Source: Chloroflexota bacterium (GTDB taxonomy: Bacteria; Chloroflexota; Anaerolineae; Aggregatilineales; J027). From it: a stretch of DNA of 64,000 nt. Position 1 is the first letter of the stretch. Every line of letters begins with the position of its first letter. The position numbers and the translations under genes were made by a program. This document shows, one piece after another, positions 45,892 through 55,356 of the stretch. Location: the NCBI GenBank assembly GCA_024434115.1, contig QMIT01000003.1, positions 157,282 through 221,281 of the forward strand, written 5' to 3'. The notes under the pieces were generated by a model, which saw only the letters and a program-made list of their open reading frames with translations, made no database searches and was not told the DNA's origin.

Positions 45892-48447
45892 ATGCGAATA
45901 TCAGCAAATGAGTATCGTACAGTGCGGACATCTGTCATCTTATTGGCAGTGGTCGCCATCTTGTTTTTTCTGATTGGCTGGCCGGCCCATTCTCAGGGGC
46001 AGTCAAGTCAACGGATTGAGTCGGATAATGCGTTGGTCAGTCGTGAAGGCAATTGGTCATCACAAACAACGGCAGCAGCCAGCGACGGAACCTATCTCTA
46101 TTCGAGCGGGGCCGAAGGGGATGTGCTGGAATTGGAGTTTGTTGGCACCACACTGGAAGTCATCTATATCGCTGGGCCAGCCTTAGGCACATTGGCCCTA
46201 GAGGTGGACGGCACAGTGCTACGAACAGTCATCACGAGAACTGACCAAACCGCGTATGGACAAAGCACCATTATCAACTATCTGAGCAATGAACCCCATA
46301 TCCTCCGAGTCTATGCCCAAGAGGGCGGCATCGTGGCGGTGGATGCTTTTGTCATCTCCACCGAAGAAGCCACCGATACAACCACCAGTGGCGACGAGGA
46401 AGGTGGGATATTTGCCAGCACCTGCACTCCGGTGAATGCCATCCATCGCGTCAGTCTCGACTATCACAATCAGCAGGTATCCGGCGCATTTACCAACAGT
46501 GACTCGGCTCTATCGGAAGATGGACGTTTTGTCGCCTTCGAATCTGCCTCGTCGGAATTGGTAGCAGGCGATACCAATGGCCTGATTGATATTTTTGTGT
46601 ATGACCGCCAAACCTGCCAAATTAGCCGAGTGTCCGTTGCGAGTGATGGTACGGAGGCAACCTTGTCATCCGTCAATCCTGATATTTCAGCCGATGGACG
46701 TTATGTCGTATTTGAGACAAGTGCTGCGTTGGTTAGCGCAGATTCAAATGGCGTCAGCGACATTTACATGTATGACCGCGACACCTTTACGATCACCCGT
46801 ATCTCGCGGGGCAACATTGCTCTTCCCCAAGCGAATGGGGCTTCCCGTAACGCCTCGATTTCTGGCGATGGGACACGCATTGCCTTCGAGTCTACCGCCA
46901 CCAATCTAGTGACGGGTGATACGAATGGCGAATCAGATATTTTCCTGCGTGATCTCACGGCAGGTACGACAACCCGAGTCTCGCTGACCAATGCCGGAAA
47001 TGAAGCGACAGGGGGTGGCTCGTTTATGCCAGATATTGCCTCAGCGGGCGGTCATGTCGCCTTTGAATCCGAGGCGACCAATCTAGTAGCGAATGATAAC
47101 AATGGTGAACGTGATATTTTTGCGCGGGCACTGACGGCGGGGACTACTATTCGCGTCTCCATACCATCCGGCGGAGGCCAAGCCAACGGGAATTCATGGG
47201 ACCCGGCGATCTCGTCCAATGGTACGATTATCGCCTTTGAATCCGATGCGACGAACATGGTTGCAGGCGATACCAATAATTTCCGGGATGTGTTTGTGCG
47301 CACCACCAGCGGCGCCCCCACCACCTCATTGGTTTCGGCCTCGACTGCGGGAACACTCGGCGCTCTTCCATCAGCGAACCCTGCGATTGCGAATGGTGGA
47401 CGTCAAATCGTCTTTGAATCCGATTCCCCCTTAGCCACTGAAGACACTAATGGTTGGACGGACATCTACGTGCGTGACCGCGTTGCCAATACGACCACCC
47501 TCGTTTCGATAGCACGGGATGGAACGTTGGGGGATGACAATACCAGCTATCCGGCCATTTCGGGCAATGGTAATTATGTCAGCTTTGAATCGGAAGCCAC
47601 CAATCTGATTTCAGGGGATACGAACGATGACCCGGATATTTATGTTGCACCGCGTTTCCCCACACCTGCTGATAATCTCGCAGTGTTCAGTCCCAATTTC
47701 CAGATTGTTGGTCTCGTAGATGGCTTGGGCGATCCACCTGCTGCCGATGACTACACCTTCTATTCAGCTTATGCACCAACAACGGGCGGGCTGTGGGTCA
47801 TGGGTGACTGGGACAGCGATGGCCTAGAAACTCCCGGCGTCTATAGTAATGGCGCGTTTTTCTTCACCAATGAACCGGGTGAGACGGAGGATTGGGAACT
47901 ACTCTGGATCGGTGTGACCGGGCCGCCTGTAACCGGACGGTTCGATGCAGCCCTTTCCAATGACTGTATTGGAGTCATTGATGGGGCAGATTTTCCGCCC
48001 TACGGAATGGCCTTTGTCCTCTACTACACCTGTGACCTATCGGGCAATCTCCTGCCCGCCATCGGGTATCAATGGCTGAGTGTCTTGTTACCCGATTCGG
48101 CAGGTTTTACAGGCACACATCAGTTCTCCGCAGGCGATTTTGATGGGGACGGGGTGGCAACGATTGCGTGTCGGCGCGGGACTTCGATCACGTGGACTAA
48201 CGATGCAGCCACAACAGGCACTGGAGGCTTCCCGTTTGCGCAATATATCGGCGCACCGGGTATCAGTGATGAAGGCGCTTTTGTAGCGGGCGATTGGGAT
48301 GGCGACACCATCGCCTCATTCGGGCTGTACTATCAAGATGGGGAATTCTACTATCGCCACGATCTCGATTGGAACTCAGGGGTATATTTCAATCAATCGC
48401 TTGGTGTGCCGTTGGCAGGTGTGACACAGGTCTCAGCTTGGCGATAG
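45892..48447 (+). CDS. secreted protein: N-terminal beta-sandwich, about nine PD40/TolB-like propeller repeats, C-terminal FG-GAP/VCBS-like repeats
   Basis: Signal/TM after ATG 45892 (GGGAG RBS). Repeated unit S.DGR.VAFES.A.NLV.GDTNG..DIF. C-terminal GDWDSDG, GDFDGDG and GDWDGDT motifs. Confidence 0.8.
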   Translation: MRISANEYRTVRTSVILLAVVAILFFLIGWPAHSQGQSSQRIESDNALVSREGNWSSQTTAAASDGTYLYSSGAEGDVLELEFVGTTLEVIYIAGPALGTLALEVDGTVLRTVITRTDQTAYGQSTIINYLSNEPHILRVYAQEGGIVAVDAFVISTEEATDTTTSGDEEGGIFASTCTPVNAIHRVSLDYHNQQVSGAFTNSDSALSEDGRFVAFESASSELVAGDTNGLIDIFVYDRQTCQISRVSVASDGTEATLSSVNPDISADGRYVVFETSAALVSADSNGVSDIYMYDRDTFTITRISRGNIALPQANGASRNASISGDGTRIAFESTATNLVTGDTNGESDIFLRDLTAGTTTRVSLTNAGNEATGGGSFMPDIASAGGHVAFESEATNLVANDNNGERDIFARALTAGTTIRVSIPSGGGQANGNSWDPAISSNGTIIAFESDATNMVAGDTNNFRDVFVRTTSGAPTTSLVSASTAGTLGALPSANPAIANGGRQIVFESDSPLATEDTNGWTDIYVRDRVANTTTLVSIARDGTLGDDNTSYPAISGNGNYVSFESEATNLISGDTNDDPDIYVAPRFPTPADNLAVFSPNFQIVGLVDGLGDPPAADDYTFYSAYAPTTGGLWVMGDWDSDGLETPGVYSNGAFFFTNEPGETEDWELLWIGVTGPPVTGRFDAALSNDCIGVIDGADFPPYGMAFVLYYTCDLSGNLLPAIGYQWLSVLLPDSAGFTGTHQFSAGDFDGDGVATIACRRGTSITWTNDAATTGTGGFPFAQYIGAPGISDEGAFVAGDWDGDTIASFGLYYQDGEFYYRHDLDWNSGVYFNQSLGVPLAGVTQVSAWR

Positions 48448-48474
48448 GATATAACATCCGTTGATTTCTACAAA

Positions 48475-48505
48475 GGTCGGGTTACAAAGCCCGGCCTTTT
48501 TGTTT
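48475..48505 (+). terminator. intrinsic terminator of the PD40/FG-GAP gene
   Basis: GGTCGGG (48475-48481) pairs with CCCGGCC (48490-48496), including one G-U pair, followed by TTTTTGTTT. Confidence 0.65.
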
Positions 48506-48518
48506 AGGCCCTATACGG

Positions 48519-48552
48519 TTGTCACGTTTCTGTCGCGCAGTTTTTTTATACT
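48519..48552 (+). promoter_or_regulatory. second copy of the SARP-box promoter module (P2)
   Basis: TTGTCAC (48519-48525), 4 nt, CTGTCGC (48530-48536), GCAG, 6 nt, TATACT (48547-48552). 23 of 27 nt are identical to P1 across CTGTCGCGCAG-N6-TATACTGACC. Confidence 0.45.
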
Positions 48553-48558
48553 GACCTC

Positions 48559-48640
48559 TGTCTCGATCATCTTGCACTTGTATTGTCTCAACCCTTCTCA
48601 TCTGCTCCCATTTTTGCAGGGGTTGAGACATACCTTTTTT
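48559..48640 (+). ncRNA. candidate small RNA (about 80 nt) between promoter P2 and an intrinsic terminator
   Basis: No ATG or RBS-preceded ORF. 11-bp stem TGTCTCAACCC (48584-48594) with GGGTTGAGACA (48620-48630), plus an inner CTGC/GCAG stem, followed by TACC and TTTTTT (48635-48640). Confidence 0.3.
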
Positions 48641-48645
48641 GAGAA

Positions 48646-49527
48646 TTAGCCCAATTCCCTATTCCGGGTTTGGCCCATTAGATGGATATAACCATCTTCC
48701 AGACTTGGCTCAGTGGATATGGCGTTCGGAAAGGCCCCTGCATCCCCGATCACCCGATACTGCGTCCCTTGCGCCAACTGAAGTGTGGAAACCACATTTA
48801 GACCGTGATTCGGGCGTTCTCCATCCGTCACAATGTTCCAGACCTGACCGCGTGTTTTTTGGATTAACTCATTGGGCGCACCGCGAAACAACACAGTGCC
48901 GTTATACATGATGGCTAAATCACGGCAACTTTGGCTAATGTCTTCAATGATATGGGTCGAAAGGATCACCGTCGCATTTTCCGCTAGTTCAGAAAACAGG
49001 TTTCGCAGCCGTACTCGTTCTTCGGGGTCAAGCCCTGCGGTTGGCTCGTCCACAATCATAAGCCGGGGGTTGCCAATGAGTGCCTGAGCGATGCCGATGC
49101 GCCGTTTCATACCGCCGGAATAAGTCTTTAGCCTGCGTTCTGCTACCTCGGTCAGATGTACTTTTTCTAAGGCTTCCTGTACTTGCTGTTTGCGCTGCTG
49201 ACGATTGGTAACACCCTTCAAAATAGCGACATAATCTAAAAACTCGGCCCCAGTTAGATGTGGATAGAGGCCAAGTTCTTGTGGCAGATAGCCCAATATA
49301 GCTTTGGCGGCTTGTTTACCTTTTAGGGTGTGCATATCGTGTCCATTGACTTCGACCCGACCCGCCGTCCAATGCAGCAATCCCGCGATAATTCGCATCA
49401 GGCTGGTTTTGCCCGCGCCATTTGGCCCAACCAAACCAAACATCCCAGTCCCGATTTCAAGTGAAATATCATTCAGTGCCGTGACATCGCCTTTATAGAT
49501 TTTGGTGAGGTGTTCAATCTTAATCAT
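48646..49527 (-). CDS. ABC transporter ATP-binding protein (ABC-2/DrrA-like)
   Basis: Walker A GPNGAGKTS, signature YSGGMKRR, Walker B LMIVDEPTAGLD. Confidence 0.9.
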   Translation of the reverse strand: MIKIEHLTKIYKGDVTALNDISLEIGTGMFGLVGPNGAGKTSLMRIIAGLLHWTAGRVEVNGHDMHTLKGKQAAKAILGYLPQELGLYPHLTGAEFLDYVAILKGVTNRQQRKQQVQEALEKVHLTEVAERRLKTYSGGMKRRIGIAQALIGNPRLMIVDEPTAGLDPEERVRLRNLFSELAENATVILSTHIIEDISQSCRDLAIMYNGTVLFRGAPNELIQKTRGQVWNIVTDGERPNHGLNVVSTLQLAQGTQYRVIGDAGAFPNAISTEPSLEDGYIHLMGQTRNRELG

Positions 49528-49537
49528 GGTATCGCTC

Positions 49538-50353
49538 CTAATGTTGTTCTTTCCAACGCATCCAGCCCCACATCGCCATCCCGATTAGGGCAAGTTCGCC
49601 TATGCCGACCAACGCCGTAATAACCGCATCCGTGAGTGCCCCAGCTTGATTAATCCGTATATAGTAGGCAAAGATCGGCCAACGTAACGGACTGATGAAA
49701 TCCCAGAGGTCAGCACTTTCCCTTATGTTGCTGTCCATGCCCAGAAAATTGGGTAGGATAAACATGCAGCCAATGGTTAACAGCACGGCTCTTAGGCGGT
49801 TGGGTTGAGTGGCGGTGAGCAAAACACCCATACCCCCGTTGAGTACAGTCAGGATACCGAGGCCCATCATCCACATGCCGATATAAGGTAAGGGTTTGTA
49901 GCCTCCCAGAAAAAACCACCATAACACACCTGTAATGACCATTAGAACAATATTGCCCCATAATACCGCCGCCCATACCCCCATAACCTTCCCCGACAAA
50001 TATGTACCACGCGACAGAGGAAGGCTCTGGAAAAGCTCTGAGACCCCACTTTGTCGGTCAAGAGGGATGGTATCCGCAACACCAATGGGCAAAAGAAATC
50101 CGAAGGTTACCGCTCCAACAAACCACGTGGAAAAAATGGCAAACCACGTGTTCAACTCAGCATCTGATAGCCCCGTCTCATCCTTGACTGGCCCATAAAC
50201 ATTCTTCTCAAAGTCTTCGGTATGTTGGAGTAAACTGGTAATCACGATGAGCGCAAAAAGGGCAATCATCAAAATCTTCAAGGCCCGTCGTCGCCAGTGC
50301 ATTTTCAACTCGTACCAAATCATGCCGCGCAGTTGATGTGTAACGTTATTCAT
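49538..50353 (-). CDS. ABC-2-type transporter permease
   Basis: 271 aa with six predicted TM helices. Directly upstream of the ATPase, with a 4-nt overlap with the preceding gene. Confidence 0.65.
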   Translation of the reverse strand: MNNVTHQLRGMIWYELKMHWRRRALKILMIALFALIVITSLLQHTEDFEKNVYGPVKDETGLSDAELNTWFAIFSTWFVGAVTFGFLLPIGVADTIPLDRQSGVSELFQSLPLSRGTYLSGKVMGVWAAVLWGNIVLMVITGVLWWFFLGGYKPLPYIGMWMMGLGILTVLNGGMGVLLTATQPNRLRAVLLTIGCMFILPNFLGMDSNIRESADLWDFISPLRWPIFAYYIRINQAGALTDAVITALVGIGELALIGMAMWGWMRWKEQH

Positions 50354-51171
50354 AGCCCCTCCACTGTTTTTGAAATTGCGTTACGGGTACGTCCTTTGGA
50401 AGTAGCCCCCAGTAGGACGGTCTCTTCATCGCGTAGATAGGCCCCCGCCCGGCTGATCAAAAAACATCCGATTAAGGACACAAGAGCACGATTCACCCAA
50501 TAATCCTCCCAGCCTAAGTCCTCCGGATGCAAATAGGGGTTCACCGACCAGAGATAGGGCTGAACATGATTCAATGGAAAAATGACAGGCATACCGGGTA
50601 AAAGCAGAGGGCCAAAAAACAGCCCTACAAACCACACCAGTGCTGCGATTGCCACCCCGAAGGCCAGAACCCGCGATTTGAGCGTTGTATATGCCCCTAC
50701 ACCCATCAGCAAAAGCGTGGGTGGTAGCCAACGAATCAGGGCCAAACCAAGCATCTGATACTCAAAGAATAAAAAACTAATGAGAATGCCAGCAATGGCG
50801 GCAGCGGCTTGAAATATGAAGGCTAGGCCCAAGCGTTCGGCCAATATCCACGCCACAGGTCGGGGATACGTCAACAAGATTTCTAGTGCGTTTTCATCTG
50901 CTGGGGAAAACAAAACAGCAGCTTGAATACCCATGACCAGCGGAACAATGATTTCGACCACTCGGCCTTTATCCTCCCATAGTCCAAAATCGCCGCTTGC
51001 TAAGAACAGCATCAGGAAGAATCCCAGACTAGCCAACAATCCCCACACTCCAACCGTGCGGAAGGTCGTCCGTAGGGTAAATTGAGTCCGGTATCGGGCG
51101 AAGGTCTGGATCGCACGCCATCCGTTCCAAGAAACAATGGCTATCAATCCGACTAGAACTAAGTAAATCAT
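50350..51171 (-). CDS. polytopic membrane protein (second ABC-2-like permease subunit?)
   Basis: 273 aa and highly hydrophobic. 4-nt overlaps on both sides. Confidence 0.55.
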   Translation of the reverse strand: MIYLVLVGLIAIVSWNGWRAIQTFARYRTQFTLRTTFRTVGVWGLLASLGFFLMLFLASGDFGLWEDKGRVVEIIVPLVMGIQAAVLFSPADENALEILLTYPRPVAWILAERLGLAFIFQAAAAIAGILISFLFFEYQMLGLALIRWLPPTLLLMGVGAYTTLKSRVLAFGVAIAALVWFVGLFFGPLLLPGMPVIFPLNHVQPYLWSVNPYLHPEDLGWEDYWVNRALVSLIGCFLISRAGAYLRDEETVLLGATSKGRTRNAISKTVEGL

Positions 51172-52013
51172 GCCGTTGTCCTTAATTCCCGGTCAGATTT
51201 TTCAAGGAATAGAAATGTGGTCAATAGGGCCAATACTGCCGCTATCAAGAGAAAGGGGCGGGTACTTTCGTCACGCAGGCCGGGCAGTGACAGTGCATAA
51301 ACAAGCGTATGGTCAGGGGTTGCCTGGGTGAGAAAAACGTGCAGACTCCACATAAGCAGGGACACGGCGATGCTGAATGCTGTGCTGCGTAAAACGACGC
51401 TCATCAAAAAAGCAACCGACGACAAGAAGGTCATGGGCAAAAACCAAGCCAGAATCAGTGGGCCAAGCGAGATTTCAGCCCTTGCAATGGCTAAGATAAC
51501 ACTGCCACCTAAAGTCATGATGAGATTGAAGCTAAAAATCAGCATCAAACGAGCTAACAAAATCCGAAGGATACCTGTTGGGGTGGCGTCCTCAATTTCA
51601 AACTGGATTTCGTATTCGGCATCATAAAGCAGACCCACCCCCACTGCCGCCATAATCGGTGCGAGGATCACCAGCGGCGCAAAGGCATCAGTGTCTGGTT
51701 GATAGGCTACCAACGTGACAAAGGTGCCGATCAAGATGACCAGCGCGGAGGCTGCCCACAACTCCTTACGAATGATCCACAACTGGCCCTGCAAAATAAG
51801 CCACATCCAGCGCAGATTACGTCGTTGATTCCCACTAGTAGCCAATCCTTCAACTGAGAGCCGAGTGAGCAGTGCTTGAATTTCAGCATTGGACGTTGTC
51901 GGGTTAGGCCATTGTTTAAGGGCTTGGATAGGGCCTATGAGCGCATCTGCCGTACCATCCGAACCAGTATCCTCGACTAACATATCTCGCAAACGCTTAG
52001 GGTCGTCGGTCAT
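51168..52013 (-). CDS. membrane protein in the anti-sigma position (about 80-aa cytoplasmic N-terminus plus multiple TM helices)
   Basis: Starts 4 nt inside the ECF sigma gene. No zf-HC2 motif is visible, so the function is inferred from position only. Confidence 0.4.
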   Translation of the reverse strand: MTDDPKRLRDMLVEDTGSDGTADALIGPIQALKQWPNPTTSNAEIQALLTRLSVEGLATSGNQRRNLRWMWLILQGQLWIIRKELWAASALVILIGTFVTLVAYQPDTDAFAPLVILAPIMAAVGVGLLYDAEYEIQFEIEDATPTGILRILLARLMLIFSFNLIMTLGGSVILAIARAEISLGPLILAWFLPMTFLSSVAFLMSVVLRSTAFSIAVSLLMWSLHVFLTQATPDHTLVYALSLPGLRDESTRPFLLIAAVLALLTTFLFLEKSDRELRTTA

Positions 52014-52558
52014 GTTGATTCCTCCATTAACTCACGCAGCCGCCGGAGGCCTATACTTAAGCGCGATTTGACCGTGCCTTCTGGAATTTTTAGGCTTTCC
52101 GCGATCTGGGCCAGTGGCATTTCCTCGTAATAGCGCAAGAGAATGACTTCGCGCTGATGTAAGGGCAGTTTGGCAAGGGCTTGGATGACCTGCTGGGTTT
52201 CCTCATAGGTGGTCAACTGCGTTTCTGGCAATGGCTCGATATCCCTTAGGTTATGCCAGTCCATTTCCGACGCAGTAATCGTATGGCGCGTGTCGGCCTG
52301 TTCAAAATGCTGCCGGACGAGATTGGTGGCTATCGCATAAAGCCATGCTTTAAAAGGGCGGGGGTATTGATATTGATGGATGTTCCGCAGTGCCCGAAGA
52401 AACGTTTCTTGTGCCATATCCTCACTCAATAACAAATTCCCATTGGTCATCCGGTAAAGATAGCCTTTCAATGGGCTATAATGCCGCTCCACCAACAGTG
52501 CCAAATTGGGAATACACCCTTGTTGAATTCCTTGGGCCAGTGTTTCGTCGGTTTGCAA
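52010..52558 (-). CDS. RNA polymerase ECF-type sigma-70 factor
   Basis: Region 2 (SEDMAQETFLRALRNIHQY) and region 4 (REVILLRYYEEMPLAQIAESLKIPEGTVKSRL). TTG start is preceded by AGGAG. Confidence 0.9.
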   Translation of the reverse strand: MQTDETLAQGIQQGCIPNLALLVERHYSPLKGYLYRMTNGNLLLSEDMAQETFLRALRNIHQYQYPRPFKAWLYAIATNLVRQHFEQADTRHTITASEMDWHNLRDIEPLPETQLTTYEETQQVIQALAKLPLHQREVILLRYYEEMPLAQIAESLKIPEGTVKSRLSIGLRRLRELMEEST

Positions 52559-52808
52559 TCCCGATTCACTCCTATGCAGCGGCCTATCAACACCCTAATA
52601 TCGGATATGCCTCAAAAGGTTCACGTTTCCATATCGCATAAGCTAAATCATACGAGTTTAACAATGTACATTCGATATTCGCAGGCAATGAGCGATTTGA
52701 AGAAGCACCATCCCAAGATAAAAATACGAGCATAACTGTGCCCGTGTTTTTAAGGATGTTTCTGATGTCGAGCGGGGTTAGCGGTTTTCAGCGATTATGG
52801 GCACTGCT

Positions 52809-55355
52809 TTATAAGCGCGGATCTACGGGTTCGCTTTCAAGGGCAAGTACCCCAAAAACACACTCATGTACACGGCGTAGTGGTTCTTTTTGAACAAACC
52901 GTTCCAGCGACTCAATACTCAGGGCAAATTCGCGGGCGGCCAAAGATCGTTTACCCTTCAGACCTCGACTACGCAAACGGACTATCTGTTCGGGGGCGGT
53001 ATACTCTGGCCCATAAATAATTCGCAGATATTCACGGCCTCGCACTTTCATAGCAGGTTGAAGGATGCCATAACGACCCTTCACGATGAAATCCAGCGGT
53101 TTGACGACCATACCCTCACCACCTTTTTGGGTCATCTGCTCCCACCAGCGTACCCCTTCGGCTTGACTATCGGGATTCGTGACATCCACGATTTTATAGG
53201 CGGTTGGATACAACACGGTTTCGCCAACCTGATGTAGTTTGCCAATCATTTCCATATGCCACACATGCGATTTGTCGGCATGGGTCGTCCGTTCACTTGC
53301 GAGCAGATGAAAAGGGGCAAGTTTCAAATCATCAATCGAAGTCACCTCCCAGCAATAGCGTCGGTAGGCCTCAATATAGTGATTGACCATTGCGGCACGT
53401 GGCTGGAAACGGCCCAACAATTCAGAGGTAGCGGGCAATCGGGCGGCAGTCATTTCGAGAGCAGCGATGGTTTCACGCATCGCATTTCCTCCTGCTGACC
53501 CTACTGCCGCGTACTGCCGCTGTAATAATTCCTGCGCTTTGGCTGACCAAGGCATCAATTCGCAGTCAAGTGCCAGCCAATCCGTGTTGAGGTCATCCCA
53601 CAACCCCGCTTCATCAATGGCATCGTGTATCCGACCCAAAAATTCGGTTTCCAATGCCCGGTTATCAAAGAAACGGCGTCCGGTGCGGGTGTAACATACT
53701 CCGAAACCCTCCCCAATTACACCAAAACGCCGACGGGCAGCATCTTCATCTCGACAAACGATGACGACTGCCCGTGACCCCATATGTTTTTCTTCGCAGA
53801 TCACCTGTGGCACCCCATTATCACGGTAATACGCAAAAGCCTCTAACGGATGTTCCAATAGATCAGGAAATTGCGTCGTTTCCGTTGGCGACATAGTAGG
53901 CGGCAAATAGATCAGCCATTTGGGATTGACGGCAAAACGGCTCATAACTTCCAGTGCCGCAATCGCATTTTCTTCTCGAATGGTGATATGTTTCATCAAA
54001 CGAGTATTGATAAGGCGCTTGCCAATGACATCCTCAATATCCAGCACATCATCGTACTGCTGTTGGGAAGTCAAAGCCGGAGCGCTTTCAGCTAGGAAAG
54101 GTCGCACGGGTTCGGAATAGGTGTGCTGTGCAGGAACCGACACCACTTCTTTTTCAGGATAGCGTAAGGCTGATAATGCCCCACCAAATACGCAGCCCGT
54201 GTCAATATTGATGGTTCGATTTAACCATTCCGCTTGGGGTACAGGAGTATGACCATAGACGACGGTGGCCGAGCCGCGATACTCAGCCGCCCAATTGTGA
54301 CGCACGGGTAAGCCAAACTCGTCAGTCTCACCAGTCGTCTCGCCATACAGGGCAAATTCGCGGACAGTCCCGGAAGCGCGTCCGGCGTAATTTTCTTTCA
54401 TGCCCGCATGGGCCACCACCAAGCGACCCCCATCCAGCACATAATGGCTGACGAGGCCCTCGATAAAATCCGCCACCTGCTTTTTGAATTCAGGGGTCTC
54501 GTTTTCCAGCTGTGCCAGCGATTCAGCCAGACCATGTTTGATTTGCACGTCTCGTCCGCGCAATTTTCGCATGAGTTTGATGTCATGATTGCCGGGGATA
54601 CAGATGGCCGTACCCCTTTCGACCATATCCATAACCAATCGCAAAACATCGGGGATTTTTGGCCCACGATCTACCAAGTCGCCCAAAAAGATAGCTTTGC
54701 GACCATCGGGCGGGGTAACGTGTGTGCCATTGACAGCATAGCCCATGTTTTCTAGCAGCGTCACCAATTCATCAAAGCAGCCATGCACGTCGCCAATGAT
54801 GTCGAAGGGGCCATGTTCATGCTTCAGATTATTGTGTAAGGGTTGGCGGGTAATCTGCACATCGGCGATTTCTTCCTCCGATTTCAGCACATAGACCTGC
54901 CGAAAACCCTCCTTTTCCAATAGGCGCAGGGAGCGTTTTAGCTCTTGGCGCTGACGTTTGATGACCTGCGACCCAAAGTTTCGATCCGCCCGTTTCTGGT
55001 TGCGTTCAATACAGATGCGCTCTGGCACATCCAAAACAATCGCTACCAGCAAGGCATGATGTTCACGGGCTAATTTAATCAGCGGCTTACGAGCCTCGGG
55101 CTGCACGCTGGTCGCATCAATGACCGTCAATTTCATATTGGCAAGGCGTTTGCCTGCGATGAAATGCACCACATCAAACGCATCTTTGGTGGCATCTTGG
55201 CTGTTTTCGTCATCCGAGACCAACCCCCGGCAAAAATCCGAGGAGATGATCTCAGTCGGCAAAAAGTGTGTCCGTGCAAAAGTAGATTTGCCGCTGCCAG
55301 AGACGCCAATCAATACAACGAGTGAGAATTCAGGAAGGGTGATATTCAAGGTCAT
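52809..55355 (-). CDS. pnkp: polynucleotide kinase-phosphatase/ligase (bacterial Pnkp RNA repair enzyme)
   Basis: Three modules: P-loop kinase GVSGSGKST; calcineurin-type phosphoesterase GDVHGC, GDLVDRGP, GNHD, GHTP; C-terminal nucleotidyltransferase with CEEKHMGSR lysine motif. ATG 55355 lies 1 nt after the hen1 stop. Confidence 0.9.
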   Translation of the reverse strand: MTLNITLPEFSLVVLIGVSGSGKSTFARTHFLPTEIISSDFCRGLVSDDENSQDATKDAFDVVHFIAGKRLANMKLTVIDATSVQPEARKPLIKLAREHHALLVAIVLDVPERICIERNQKRADRNFGSQVIKRQRQELKRSLRLLEKEGFRQVYVLKSEEEIADVQITRQPLHNNLKHEHGPFDIIGDVHGCFDELVTLLENMGYAVNGTHVTPPDGRKAIFLGDLVDRGPKIPDVLRLVMDMVERGTAICIPGNHDIKLMRKLRGRDVQIKHGLAESLAQLENETPEFKKQVADFIEGLVSHYVLDGGRLVVAHAGMKENYAGRASGTVREFALYGETTGETDEFGLPVRHNWAAEYRGSATVVYGHTPVPQAEWLNRTINIDTGCVFGGALSALRYPEKEVVSVPAQHTYSEPVRPFLAESAPALTSQQQYDDVLDIEDVIGKRLINTRLMKHITIREENAIAALEVMSRFAVNPKWLIYLPPTMSPTETTQFPDLLEHPLEAFAYYRDNGVPQVICEEKHMGSRAVVIVCRDEDAARRRFGVIGEGFGVCYTRTGRRFFDNRALETEFLGRIHDAIDEAGLWDDLNTDWLALDCELMPWSAKAQELLQRQYAAVGSAGGNAMRETIAALEMTAARLPATSELLGRFQPRAAMVNHYIEAYRRYCWEVTSIDDLKLAPFHLLASERTTHADKSHVWHMEMIGKLHQVGETVLYPTAYKIVDVTNPDSQAEGVRWWEQMTQKGGEGMVVKPLDFIVKGRYGILQPAMKVRGREYLRIIYGPEYTAPEQIVRLRSRGLKGKRSLAAREFALSIESLERFVQKEPLRRVHECVFGVLALESEPVDPRL

Positions 55356-55356
55356 T

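Noticed and set aside
45632-45959. Minus-strand ORFs of 77-80 aa in the SARP/propeller intergenic region, and a 14-codon plus-strand mini-ORF (ATG 45710) as a possible leader peptide.
   Set aside because: No RBS or family signal is present. They are kept only as a caveat to the leader-structure finding.
52559-52640. Possible autoregulated ECF promoter (GAACC ... CGAT on the minus strand) upstream of the second sigma gene.
   Set aside because: The spacing I counted (about 14 nt) does not fit the usual 16-17 nt, and the motif halves are short. I cannot support it without TSS data.
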